Assembly: GCA_013204585.1 (NCBI GenBank) | Contig: JABMNL010000035.1 | Location: forward strand, 10,803 to 74,802 | Reading direction: 5' to 3' | Source of the DNA: SAR202 cluster bacterium | Lineage (GTDB): Bacteria > Chloroflexota > Dehalococcoidia > Lucifugimonadales > UBA3495 | Length of the DNA stretch: 64,000 bases | In this document: one piece after another, positions 47,043 through 56,862 of the stretch | Position numbering within the stretch: the first letter of the stretch is position 1 | Layout: each line of letters starts with the position of its first letter | Made by a program: the position numbers and the translations under genes | The notes under the pieces: generated by a model | What the model was told of the DNA's origin: nothing | The model's database searches: none | What the model saw: only the letters and a program-made list of their open reading frames with translations

Positions 47043-49442
47043 ATGCTAGAGGCCCTTAGCTGGTTCATCGCCATCGAGGCCCTGGGCATCTTGGCCCTTC
47101 CTGCGGCCTTCGTGTTATTCAAGCGGCTGCCCGACCGGGGATTCACCCTGGCCAAACCGGCGGCCATGGTCTTCTTCTCCTACGTCCTCTGGGTTCTTGG
47201 CCTGTCTCATATCGCACCCAACACGCAGCTGACCGTTGTCCTAATCCTCTTGGTGGCCGCCATCCCCAGCGCCTACTTATTCCGCCGAGTCTTGCCCGAG
47301 TTCAAGGACTTCGTCAAAGACCATTGGCCCGCGCTGGTGTTGGCCGAGGTGTTGTTCATCGGGTTCTTCCTGATGTGGCTGGGCATCATCTCCGAGGCCG
47401 CAGCCATCAACCACACCGAAAAACCCATGGACTTTGGGTTCATGAACGCCGTGCTCCAGAGTCGGTTCTTCCCGCCGGAGGATCCTTGGCTCTCAGGAAA
47501 TTCCATCAGCTACTACTACTTCGGCCATTTCATGATGGCCTTCTTGGCCCAGTTGACCGGCGTAACGTCCAGTGTGGGCTACAACCTAAGCGTGGCCCTG
47601 GTTCCCGCGCTGGTGGCCATGGGAGCTTTCGGCCTGGTCTACAACCTGGTGCGGCTTTCGGGGGGAACCCGCATGTCCGGCATGGTCTTTGGCGGCGCAG
47701 CCCCGGCGTTGATACTCCTGGCTGGCAACCTGGAGGGAGCCATGGAGTTCGTGCATCTCCAGGGCTGGGGTAGCAGCGGATTCTGGGAGTGGGTCGGCAT
47801 CAAGGAACTAACGGGAGCCGAAACAGGCTCAGGAGGGTTCCCTGACGGGCATTTGTGGTGGTTTAGGGCTAGCCGGGTCATCGACACCCTGTCGGGCGGC
47901 CAAAGCCTGGATTACACGATTACCGAGTTCCCCATCTTCAGCTTCATCCTGGGCGACCTGCACCCCCATGTGATGAACCTGCCCTTCGTAATCTTGGGCC
48001 TAGGCCTATGTCTCAATCTGTTCCAGTCGCCAGAGCGATTGGGGCTGAGTTGGTTAAAGGCCCATCCAGTGGAGGCAGCGGCCATCGCTCTGTTCATTGG
48101 GTCGTTGGCCTTCATCAACCTCTGGGACTTCCCAGTAATAGCGGCAATGCTGGCGGCCGTGGCGCTGGTGAAAGCCTACGGAGACCATGACGGCAGAATG
48201 ACATTGGCAGCGCGAGATGCCGCCGTGATAGTAGTTCCCGTTCTGGTCTTGGCTGTGATTCTGTTCCTGCCGTTCTATAACGGGTTCGATGCTCCGACGT
48301 CGGGCATCCTACCCCTACGGGACGTGAACACCCGACCTTTCTTGTTGTTCTTGGTGCTGGGGCTGTTCATCTTGCTGGCTGTTTCATTCCTATTCCGGCA
48401 GCTAACAAGTCTCAAGCGGCCGTCCGATGACGATAGCTCGGCAGCGGTTTTGATAATGGTGGTCGCATTGACGCCGTTCTTGGCCTGGGTTGGCCTGGCG
48501 TTCTTTATGACCTGGATTGACGATGGCACCCAGGCGGCGTTCAGCGAGATCGGCGGTCGTACGATTCTGGTCGTTCCGGGGCTGGCTCTGGTCGCATTAG
48601 CGGGGTTCAGCGCCATGCAGCGGGCCAGGCTCAAACTAGAGCCCGTGACCGCGTTTCCGCTCCTGCTCGCTGGATTGGCCTTTTACCTAATCGTCGGGGC
48701 CGAACTCTTTTATATCGTCGACCAGTTCGGCGGCGGGTTCCGGAGGATGAACACGGTTTTCAAAACCTACTACCAGGCCTGGCTGCTATTGGGCATTGTC
48801 AGTTCTTACGGGCTGTATTACCTATGGTCGGCCCGCTCCACGCTCAAGACCTCCGCCCAAATCTCGCGGGTATTGCGCGGTGGCCGGTACCTGTGGGCCG
48901 GAGCCGTAGCGGTGCTGCTGGTGGCGTCTTTTTACTACCCGGTTGGCGCAGTCCAAGACCGCACCGGAATCCTTGATGACAGTCACACTGTGGCTGACAA
49001 CACGCTGAACGGACTGGCCTTTTTACAACAGCCAGCGCCCGGAGAATACGCGGCGATTGAGTGGCTGCGGGACGCTGCCCCCTGGGGCCGGATGGTCGAG
49101 GCCGTTGGCGACGATTACTCCGACTATGGCCGTATATCTTCTAGCACTGGATTGCCGACTATCCTGGGCTGGAAGGGGCATGAACTACAGTGGCGTAGTT
49201 CTGCCGCGTCGTTCCAGGGCCGGGAGGAAGACGTCGAGGCAATCTACACAAGTAACGATTCCCAGGAAGTGCGCCGGTTGCTGAACAACTACGATGTGCG
49301 CTACGTTTACCTGGGTTCGCGTGAGCGTCAAAGTTACGGAGGCGAGAACCTGGCAAACTTCGGCGAATTTCTTAAAACCGCCTTCGAGCAAGACGGCGTA
49401 ATAATCTACGAGATGTTCCAACCAACGGCTGACAACAAATGA
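47043..49442 (+). CDS. DUF2298 / Chlor_Arch_YYY membrane protein (GT-C-like)
   Basis: TEKPMDFGF, DPWLSGNSISYYYFGH, ITEFPIFSFILGDLHPH, NTVFK and TGLPTILGW. Confidence 0.85.
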   Translation: MLEALSWFIAIEALGILALPAAFVLFKRLPDRGFTLAKPAAMVFFSYVLWVLGLSHIAPNTQLTVVLILLVAAIPSAYLFRRVLPEFKDFVKDHWPALVLAEVLFIGFFLMWLGIISEAAAINHTEKPMDFGFMNAVLQSRFFPPEDPWLSGNSISYYYFGHFMMAFLAQLTGVTSSVGYNLSVALVPALVAMGAFGLVYNLVRLSGGTRMSGMVFGGAAPALILLAGNLEGAMEFVHLQGWGSSGFWEWVGIKELTGAETGSGGFPDGHLWWFRASRVIDTLSGGQSLDYTITEFPIFSFILGDLHPHVMNLPFVILGLGLCLNLFQSPERLGLSWLKAHPVEAAAIALFIGSLAFINLWDFPVIAAMLAAVALVKAYGDHDGRMTLAARDAAVIVVPVLVLAVILFLPFYNGFDAPTSGILPLRDVNTRPFLLFLVLGLFILLAVSFLFRQLTSLKRPSDDDSSAAVLIMVVALTPFLAWVGLAFFMTWIDDGTQAAFSEIGGRTILVVPGLALVALAGFSAMQRARLKLEPVTAFPLLLAGLAFYLIVGAELFYIVDQFGGGFRRMNTVFKTYYQAWLLLGIVSSYGLYYLWSARSTLKTSAQISRVLRGGRYLWAGAVAVLLVASFYYPVGAVQDRTGILDDSHTVADNTLNGLAFLQQPAPGEYAAIEWLRDAAPWGRMVEAVGDDYSDYGRISSSTGLPTILGWKGHELQWRSSAASFQGREEDVEAIYTSNDSQEVRRLLNNYDVRYVYLGSRERQSYGGENLANFGEFLKTAFEQDGVIIYEMFQPTADNK

Positions 49443-52141
49443 GCCCGGAAAGAGCAGCGGCCCGGCTCCAAACGACTCTCTCTCCTAAAACCTTAATTCC
49501 CCGACTTTGGGCTGGCCGCACCTTCGGCCCTTTGGAAGCGGGGTTCTTGGCCGTGGTCATCTTGGCTTTGGTCATGCGCCTTTGGGAACTGGGTGGCCGC
49601 ACCATGCACTACGACGAGGCCATCCACCTCCACTTTGCCTGGCGTTTGGCCGAAAGCAGCGGCGGCTTTCTCGGCTGGCCCTGGGTGTTCGGCACCGACT
49701 ACATCCACTCGCCCTGGATGCACGGCCCGTTCCAAATCGAGTTCACGGCCCTGATATTCCGCATCTTCGGCGACACTGATTTCACCGCCCGGCTGGGTTA
49801 CGTACTCTTTGGCACGGCGTTGGTGGCCGTGCCCTACTTCTTCCGCGACTACCTGGGTCGCTCTGGCGCGTTCCTGGCGGCGGTGATGCTGGCCCTTTCG
49901 CCAACCCTCCTTTACTTCAGTCGGTTCGGGCGCAACGACATCATCATGGCCTTCTTCGCCGCATCCTTATTGGTGTTGATGTGGCGGTACGTAAACGAGG
50001 GACACCGCCGCTACCTCTATTTGGCGTCAGCCATTTTGGCTTTCATGTTCGCCACCAAAGAGACCGCCTACCTAGTGGTCGCCGTGTTCGGACTGCTGCT
50101 CTTTGTCCTCTCCATCAGTGACCTGGTGCCCTGGGCGTTGGGCCGCATAAAGCTCTCCCAAGTTGGCCTGCCAACCGGGTTTTTCTTACTGCTGGTAACA
50201 ATCAGCCTGCCCCAATGGTCGGCTCTATCTGGGATGTTCCAGAACGTTCTGGGTCTGACCCTGACCAATCCCGACCCGCAGACGGGCAATAACATTGCCA
50301 ATGTTGACGGCGCCATCGGGCTGGTTGGCGCTCCGGCTTGGGCGGGTAAAACCTTGCTGCTCCCCGTGCAAGACTTTCCACTTGGCGTGCATATCGCAGT
50401 TGTTGTCCTGGGCCTGGCGTTGTTGGCTTGGCTGCTCCGCCGAGGGCCTTTAACGCCCCAGCGTATTGCCTGCATAGTTGGAGCGCCACTGGCGGCAACT
50501 GCCGGGGTTGCCCTATTGCTCTTCCGACCGTTAGCCGACCTAATCAGCACCGGTGGAGTGCCAGCCCTTGATTTATCGCTGGCTATTATTCTCCTCGTCG
50601 GAGGAGTTACTACCCTGTTCTACCACCGTTATCCCGCCCAGCGCAGCGCCTTGCTACTATTCCTGCCGGCCTTGGTGACGGCCCTTTACGCAATCCTGTT
50701 CACTCCGGCACTCGACCTCCAAGCGGTGGTGGACGCAATTCTGCCCAGGGAGGTGACCATCGGAGCGGCGTCCAATGGGCTACCCGCCAACTACGTGGTT
50801 GCCTTGGGCATCTTGTCCGGCACAATCATCGTATCCATCGTCATCGGGGTGCGCTGGCTCGGCGGAGCTTGGTTGGTCTGCGCGGGTATTTTTTATTTCA
50901 TTTGGGCCGCCCTCTATACGACTCTGTTCACCAACTTATCTGGGTTGTTCAGCGGGTCTTGGCAGGGCATGGGCTACTGGGTTGCCCAGCAGGATGTGGC
51001 AAGGGGAAACCAACCTTGGTACTACTACTTCGTGGGCCTGCCGGTGTACGAGTTGCTGCCAGTGGTCTTTGGCATCGCCGGGGCCGTTTATTTCATCAAA
51101 CGCGGCGACATCCTAGGGCTGGCCCTCACCATGTGGGCCGGTGTGACTTTCCTCGCCTACTCCATGGCCAGCGAGAAGATGCCCTGGTTGCTGGTCAACA
51201 TCACCTTGCCGATGATTTTCCTGTCGGCCAAATTCTTGGGCGAGTTGGTTGAGTCCGTCCGCTGGAACCGGGCCGTGCGTCTGGAAGCTGCGGGCCTGTT
51301 TATTCTGTTTATTCTGACGCCATTGGCGCTTCTTGGAGGACTCTATTTCCTGTACACCTATACCGGAGGTGGCGGCAGCATATCCGCCCAACATTGGATA
51401 GTCCTGGCTGGCTCGGTCATGGTTTTGGCAACGGCAGCCTACCTGGCCCGAGTAACCACTCCCGCACGGGGCGGGGCAGTGGCAGCCCTGGGTCTAGCGG
51501 CCCTACTTTTGGGATTCGGAACGTGGAGCGCCCTACGCGCCAGCTACACCTATGACGACTCCAACCCCGAGATTTTGGTTTACGCCCAAGGAGGCTCCGA
51601 CCTGCGCGAGACCTTTGCATCTATGGAGGAGCAGGTTTTTTCCGCAGAACTCGATGTGGCAGGAAACATTATCGAAGCTCGGCGGGCGGTGGAGGTGGAC
51701 TATGACGTTTGGTACCCCTTCCAGTGGTACGTCCGGAACGTCGAACGGGACGGGCTACTACGGTTTACTTGCTTCAAGCAAAAGGACGACGAAGGCTGGA
51801 ATGACGGCTGTAATTCCTTGGAAGAACCACGTGGAGAAGATGAATTCACACCGACCACATTAATGCTGACCTCGTCCCACGCCAACCGGAATGGGGCCGA
51901 GCTGCAGGCATACGAGAAGAGCGAACAGCTCCATAGCCTGCTGTGGTTTCCCGAGACCTACCGCAGACCGTCGGAAGCCAGACTCGATGAAGCGTGGCAG
52001 GACGAACTCGCTTATGACCTGGGGTTCTTCAAAGACGTGGCGGCCAGCCGAGAAGCATGGCGTAGCATCCTGGACTATTGGATCTTCCGCGAACTGGAAC
52101 AAACCTGGTTCACTGGCGACTATTATCTATTCAAGCGATGA
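49439..52141 (+). CDS. TIGR03663-family (Agl23-like) GT-C membrane protein
   Basis: MHYDEAIH, MHGPFQ, YFSRFGRND, FATKETAY, QQDVARGNQPWYYY and EKMPWL. Confidence 0.82.
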   Translation: MSPERAAARLQTTLSPKTLIPRLWAGRTFGPLEAGFLAVVILALVMRLWELGGRTMHYDEAIHLHFAWRLAESSGGFLGWPWVFGTDYIHSPWMHGPFQIEFTALIFRIFGDTDFTARLGYVLFGTALVAVPYFFRDYLGRSGAFLAAVMLALSPTLLYFSRFGRNDIIMAFFAASLLVLMWRYVNEGHRRYLYLASAILAFMFATKETAYLVVAVFGLLLFVLSISDLVPWALGRIKLSQVGLPTGFFLLLVTISLPQWSALSGMFQNVLGLTLTNPDPQTGNNIANVDGAIGLVGAPAWAGKTLLLPVQDFPLGVHIAVVVLGLALLAWLLRRGPLTPQRIACIVGAPLAATAGVALLLFRPLADLISTGGVPALDLSLAIILLVGGVTTLFYHRYPAQRSALLLFLPALVTALYAILFTPALDLQAVVDAILPREVTIGAASNGLPANYVVALGILSGTIIVSIVIGVRWLGGAWLVCAGIFYFIWAALYTTLFTNLSGLFSGSWQGMGYWVAQQDVARGNQPWYYYFVGLPVYELLPVVFGIAGAVYFIKRGDILGLALTMWAGVTFLAYSMASEKMPWLLVNITLPMIFLSAKFLGELVESVRWNRAVRLEAAGLFILFILTPLALLGGLYFLYTYTGGGGSISAQHWIVLAGSVMVLATAAYLARVTTPARGGAVAALGLAALLLGFGTWSALRASYTYDDSNPEILVYAQGGSDLRETFASMEEQVFSAELDVAGNIIEARRAVEVDYDVWYPFQWYVRNVERDGLLRFTCFKQKDDEGWNDGCNSLEEPRGEDEFTPTTLMLTSSHANRNGAELQAYEKSEQLHSLLWFPETYRRPSEARLDEAWQDELAYDLGFFKDVAASREAWRSILDYWIFRELEQTWFTGDYYLFKR

Positions 52142-52158
52142 CCGGTTCAAGCGATGAC
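52130..52158 (+). repeat. 13-bp duplication of the gene's final codons and stop (ttcaagcgatgac)
   Basis: Copies at 52130-52142 and 52146-52158. Confidence 0.85.
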
Positions 52159-52228
52159 TGGCGACCGGGCTAGCTGGTTGTCCGGGCGGGTATACTGGTT
52201 CCCAGCCCAAGAACAAGGATCAGGTTAG

Positions 52229-53320
52229 TTGAAATCCAATAAATGGCAGTTCTGGCTGGGCGCAGGTGTCAGCCTGTCATTGCTGCTCATCCTGCTGTAC
52301 CAGGTGGACCTGGGCGAACTTAAAGACGTCCTCCGGGACGCCAATTACACCCTGCTTGCCCCGTCGATAGCAATCTACTTCGTGGCTGTGTTTTTCCGCG
52401 CCGCCCGCTGGCGTTACCTACTATCCCCAATGGCTTCGATTCCAGTCCGCCGCCTCTACCCCGTGGTGGTAATCGGCTACATGGCGAACAACCTGCTGCC
52501 GGTGCGCCTGGGCGAGGTTGTCCGTTCCTACTACCTGGCCCGCCAAGAGAACCTGAACACCAGCTCGGCCCTGGCGACCATCGTCGTAGAGCGAGTCTAC
52601 GACGGTGTCACCCTGCTGGCCTTTGCCGCCCTATCGGCGCCCTGGTTGCTGTTGCTGGGCGAATTTGACGGGGCAGCCAACGTTTCCCGAACCACCGGAA
52701 TCATCTTTCTAATCGCAACCGTCTCGGCATTCTCGGTCTTGCTGACATTCTTCACACTCCTGGGCAGTTCGGCGTCCTTCGCCAACCGCATGGAGAATTG
52801 GCTGAACATCTTTCCCCCTGGCCCTCGGCCGAAAATTAAGGGAATATTCCGAACCTTCGTCACCGGTCTAGCAGTGCTAAACTCCCCAGCCAAGCACCTT
52901 GGGTTATTCATCTACTCGCTGCCGGTGTGGTTGTTGGAAGGGTCCATGTATTTCCTGCTGGCCTACTCCTTTGGCATCGACGACCACTTCAGTTCTGTGT
53001 GGGTTCTGCTGCTGGTGGTGATGCTGCTAACCGCCACGTCCAACCTGGCAACTTCGGTGCCCAGCGCCATTGGCGGAATCGGCCCCTTCGAAGTCGTGGC
53101 CCAGCAGACATTGATGGCCCTGGGCGTGGGGGCTTCCCTGGCGGGAGCCTACAGCGGGTTCGTCCATTTGATCGCGCTCTGGTTGCCAGTCAACATAGCC
53201 GGGCTAATCCTCTTATGGAAGAGCAACCTGTCGCTACGAGAAATCACCCAGTCCCCGCGATCCGACAGCTTGGAAATAGCCCCAGGACTGGCCGGGGACA
53301 CCGTTGGAGATGGCAGCTGA
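52229..53320 (+). CDS. Lysylphosphatidylglycerol-synthase-TM / flippase-like (UPF0104) membrane protein
   Basis: RAARWRYLL, GYMANNLLPVRLGEVVR, VERVYD and PSAIGGIGPFE. Confidence 0.85.
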   Translation: MKSNKWQFWLGAGVSLSLLLILLYQVDLGELKDVLRDANYTLLAPSIAIYFVAVFFRAARWRYLLSPMASIPVRRLYPVVVIGYMANNLLPVRLGEVVRSYYLARQENLNTSSALATIVVERVYDGVTLLAFAALSAPWLLLLGEFDGAANVSRTTGIIFLIATVSAFSVLLTFFTLLGSSASFANRMENWLNIFPPGPRPKIKGIFRTFVTGLAVLNSPAKHLGLFIYSLPVWLLEGSMYFLLAYSFGIDDHFSSVWVLLLVVMLLTATSNLATSVPSAIGGIGPFEVVAQQTLMALGVGASLAGAYSGFVHLIALWLPVNIAGLILLWKSNLSLREITQSPRSDSLEIAPGLAGDTVGDGS

Positions 53321-54651
53321 TGCGAGTGGGCATCATCGGCGGGGGCGTGGCCGGACTGGCCGCCGCCTACCAATTAACCAAGCAAGGACACTTCGTAGAG
53401 GTGTTCGAGCAAGCGCCTTTCCTCGGCGGCCAAGCGTCAACTTTCGACGTGTTTGGTGGCCGCTTGGAGCGGGGCTACCATCACCTTTTCGTCAGCGACA
53501 CCGACATCACCGAGTTAATCCACGAGCTGGGTCTGGGCGACAGGTTGGCCTGGTTGGAATCCAGTGTCGGGTTTTATTACGGCGGCAAGATTTGGGACTT
53601 CGCCACACCCATGGACCTGCTCCGGTTCAAACCACTGTCCATCTTCCAGCGCGTCAGAGTCGGCCTTTGGACTCTGTTATTGCAGAAGACCCAAAACTAC
53701 CGCAAGTTCGAGAATATTACCGCCAAAGACTGGCTGAGCCGCAGAATGGGCCAGAATGCCTACAAGGTAATCTGGGAGCCAATGCTCCGGGGAAAGTTCG
53801 GCGAATTTTACGACCGCATCAGCATGACCTGGATTTGGGGCAAGGTGCGACTCCGGGTGGCCTCCCGAAGCAAGGGAGGCCAGCGCGAACGGCTGGGCTA
53901 CCCTATGGGCAGCTTTGGGGAGGTGATTGACGTTCTCGCCCAGCGGATAACTGAACAAGGCGGACAAATTCAATCCTCCGCCACCGTGACCCAGATAGTG
54001 CAATCTGGCGGAGCGGCAACCGCGCTGGACGTGCAATTAGAGGACTCCCAAAGCGAACGCCGGGAGTATGACGCTGTCATCGCCACCACCCCGTCCTACG
54101 TGTTCACCAAACTAGCACCGCCCATGCCCAAGGAGTACCAGGACAAGCTGGAAGGCACCAACTACTTATCGGCGGTGCTGATGGTGCTGGTGATGGACCG
54201 GCCTTTCACCAACAAGTACTGGCTGAATATCGCCGACTCGGACATGCCATTTGTCGCTTTAATTGAGCACACCAACTTGATTGACCGAAATTTGTACGGC
54301 GGCAAGCACATCCTCTACATCAGTAACTACCCCAGCCGTGACAGTGAGCTGTACCGGAAATCGGCGGAAGAACTGATGGAGTTGTTCGTGCCTCACTTAC
54401 AGAAAATCAACCCCGACTTTGACCGGTCTTGGGTGATTGAACACCATCATCACCGGGTCGACGGTGCCCAGCCGATAGTGGGCATAAACTACGGTGCAGG
54501 CATTCCCGACCACCGCACGCCGCATAAGGGCCTGTACCTAGCCAACACCACCCAGATATATCCCGAAGACCGGGGCACCAACTATTCGGTGCGCATGGGC
54601 AAGCAGGTGGCCCAGATGGTGATGGACGATGCCGAGTCCAAGACTCCTTAA
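53320..54651 (+). CDS. NAD(P)/FAD-dependent oxidoreductase (amine oxidase/HemY-like fold)
   Basis: MRVGIIGGGVAGLAAA, LERGYHHLF and IYPEDRGTNYSV. The ATG overlaps the upstream TGA, so the track start at 52927 is spurious. Confidence 0.85.
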   Translation: MRVGIIGGGVAGLAAAYQLTKQGHFVEVFEQAPFLGGQASTFDVFGGRLERGYHHLFVSDTDITELIHELGLGDRLAWLESSVGFYYGGKIWDFATPMDLLRFKPLSIFQRVRVGLWTLLLQKTQNYRKFENITAKDWLSRRMGQNAYKVIWEPMLRGKFGEFYDRISMTWIWGKVRLRVASRSKGGQRERLGYPMGSFGEVIDVLAQRITEQGGQIQSSATVTQIVQSGGAATALDVQLEDSQSERREYDAVIATTPSYVFTKLAPPMPKEYQDKLEGTNYLSAVLMVLVMDRPFTNKYWLNIADSDMPFVALIEHTNLIDRNLYGGKHILYISNYPSRDSELYRKSAEELMELFVPHLQKINPDFDRSWVIEHHHHRVDGAQPIVGINYGAGIPDHRTPHKGLYLANTTQIYPEDRGTNYSVRMGKQVAQMVMDDAESKTP

Positions 54652-54752
54652 TTCGGTCTGGATTCCAGTGTTGCAAATCCCGGCCGGTCTTGTACAATCT
54701 ATCTGAACGCGGCAAAACCGCGCCCACGAGGGGCGGACCACAGGAGAATACC

Positions 54753-54989
54753 TTGGCCAACGAGATTGAAAATACAAACAAATCCGGGAAGTCCGGCGAG
54801 TCCCGCCGTAGCTTTCTAGGGAAAATGGGCTTGGGCGTAGCCGCCTTGGCAATTGCAGGCGGACCGTTGGGTATGCTGGGCCGTTTCCGCAGCAAGCAGG
54901 AAACCGCCGCCTCCCAGGACTTCGCTAGTGAAGACTCCATCTTCCGTCCGGCCTCGGACCCCCGAAAAGACCCCCGCCGCAACGCGTAA
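54753..54989 (+). CDS. Small twin-arginine (Tat) signal-containing protein
   Basis: AGGAG SD before TTG 54753, then SRRSFL followed by a hydrophobic stretch and a short polar C-terminus. Confidence 0.65.
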   Translation: MANEIENTNKSGKSGESRRSFLGKMGLGVAALAIAGGPLGMLGRFRSKQETAASQDFASEDSIFRPASDPRKDPRRNA

Positions 54990-55024
54990 ACTTCGGTCTT
55001 AGCCTTGCGGGGAAGCAATGTCCC

Positions 55025-55118
55025 CCTAGCGGCGGCCAAACTCCCTTTCCATCTAAAACACTCGCATATTACGCGTTCTTCTGGAAACTACCTAGCGGCG
55101 GCCAAACTCCCTTTCCAT
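55025..55118 (-). repeat. Exact 28-bp direct repeat of the mutL 3' end, separated by 38 bp
   Basis: cctagcggcggccaaactccctttccat at 55025-55052 and 55091-55118. Confidence 0.95.
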
Positions 55119-56810
55119 GTGAAATGAACTGAAATGCACCATGGTGGGACGGCCATGGGGGCAAGTGTGGGGATTGGGCGTAGCCTCCAATTGCTCTAGC
55201 AGCGCAACCATCTCCGGTTCAGTCAACGACTTCCCCGCCCGTATCGCTCCGTGACAGGCTATCGATGCCGCCATCACGTCTTCTTTCTGCCGCACCAACC
55301 CCTCAAAGGCCGTCATATCCAGCACGTCCAACAACGCCTTGGCTGGGTCGCCCTCGCCGAATATTGCAGGAACCGCTCGTAGCAGGTAGCTGCCATCTCC
55401 GAAGGGCTCCAATTGAAACCCATAATTCTCCAACGCTTCTAGATTGGTCCTGAGGGTGTCTCCCTGGCCCGGAGTTAGTTCAACGGACACCGGCTCCAAC
55501 AGCGGTTGAGACTGCGGTTCTTGTTCTGAGGTCTTCTGGCAGATGCGGTCGAACAGTACTCGCTCGTGGGCCGCGTGCTGGTCCACGAGGAACATTCCTT
55601 CCGACCCCTCAGCCACGATATAAGTAAGCTTAAGCTGTCCCACCACTTTCAATGGCGGGGCTGGTTGACGAGACACGGCTGCATCCGCCGGTGCGCTTCC
55701 CGAGAAGTCGGACATACCGCCGCCGTGTCGAACGCCGCCAAAGGCGCTACGCGGGAAGAACGACGATGCTGCTGGCTCGGCGTAGTCTGGGGACGGCGAA
55801 GCAAGTGACGGCACCGGAGAATCGGCCACCAATACGGCTCTAACAGCGCGCTGCACCGTGGAGAACACCCGGCTTTCGTCCCTAAACCGCACTTCCCGTT
55901 TTGCCGGGTGGGCGTTAACGTCCACGTCCTCGTAGGGGATGCTAATGTTCAGCGAGGCCAGCGGGTAGCGTCGCACTTGCAGCAGGCCCGTGTAGGCTTC
56001 TTCCACGGCGAAGGAAAGCATTCGACTCTGTACCCACCGGCGGTTTACGAAGAAGGTCATGTAGGTGCGGTTGGCCCGGGTCAGACTGGGTGCACTGGCA
56101 AAGCCGTCCACTTGGTAACCGCTCGCCGAGTCCTCACTGTGGACCTCCAACATGCCAGTGGCCGCCTGGGGCCCGTAGACCGCCAGCAGTGCTTCTCTGG
56201 GGACGCCGTTGCCGGGGCTGGTGAACGATGTGCGACCGTCCACAACCAACTGAAAGCGTATACCAGGAAAGACCAAGGCGTAACGGCTGACCAGTTCTTG
56301 GATGCGGGAGGTTTCTGCCGATGCGGAACGCAGGAACTTACGCCGGGCGGGTAGATTGCCAAAGAGGTCGAAGACCTCAACGGTGGTGCCTGGAGGACTA
56401 CCCTGACTACCCGATGACACCAGTTCACCCCAAAGCAGTTCCATGCGGAACCCACCGGGCTCAAGGGGTTGGCGGGTGGTCAAAACGGTGCGAGAGACGG
56501 CGGCGATGCTGGGCAGGGCCTCGCCCCTGAATCCCATGGTGGCGATGGCGTCCAGCTGCTCTTGGCTGTCTATCTTACTGGTGGCGTGCCGTTGGAAAGC
56601 TACCGCCACTTCTTCGGGAGGGATGCCGTGACCGTCGTCAATAACCTTGAGCAGTTCCACCCCACCGGACTTAATCTCGACGGTAATCTGGCTGGCCCCG
56701 GCATCAATGGAATTCTCGACCAATTCCTTAATCACCGAAGCAGGCCGTTCCACCACTTCGCCAGCGGCAATCTTAGCGGCCAAGTCTGGAGATAAGACTT
56801 TAATTGGCAT
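55092..56810 (-). CDS. mutL: DNA mismatch repair endonuclease MutL
   Basis: AAGEVVERPASVIKELVENSIDAGA, GFRGEAL, DQHAAHER, ACH and CPHGRP. Confidence 0.97.
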   Translation of the reverse strand: MPIKVLSPDLAAKIAAGEVVERPASVIKELVENSIDAGASQITVEIKSGGVELLKVIDDGHGIPPEEVAVAFQRHATSKIDSQEQLDAIATMGFRGEALPSIAAVSRTVLTTRQPLEPGGFRMELLWGELVSSGSQGSPPGTTVEVFDLFGNLPARRKFLRSASAETSRIQELVSRYALVFPGIRFQLVVDGRTSFTSPGNGVPREALLAVYGPQAATGMLEVHSEDSASGYQVDGFASAPSLTRANRTYMTFFVNRRWVQSRMLSFAVEEAYTGLLQVRRYPLASLNISIPYEDVDVNAHPAKREVRFRDESRVFSTVQRAVRAVLVADSPVPSLASPSPDYAEPAASSFFPRSAFGGVRHGGGMSDFSGSAPADAAVSRQPAPPLKVVGQLKLTYIVAEGSEGMFLVDQHAAHERVLFDRICQKTSEQEPQSQPLLEPVSVELTPGQGDTLRTNLEALENYGFQLEPFGDGSYLLRAVPAIFGEGDPAKALLDVLDMTAFEGLVRQKEDVMAASIACHGAIRAGKSLTEPEMVALLEQLEATPNPHTCPHGRPTMVHFSSFHMEREFGRR

Positions 56811-56862
56811 TATTTAGGCCCCGTCGGAAGAAAGCCACCAAATGTAATTAGTGGAAAGCTGG

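Noticed and set aside
52927-53319. 131-aa N-terminal extension of the FAD oxidoreductase in the ORF track
   Set aside because: It overlaps the flippase-like gene, and the Rossmann motif starts at ATG 53320.
55025-55118. CRISPR mini-array interpretation (28-bp repeat, 38-bp spacer)
   Set aside because: Only two copies, the repeat is the mutL coding end, it is not palindromic, and no cas genes are present.
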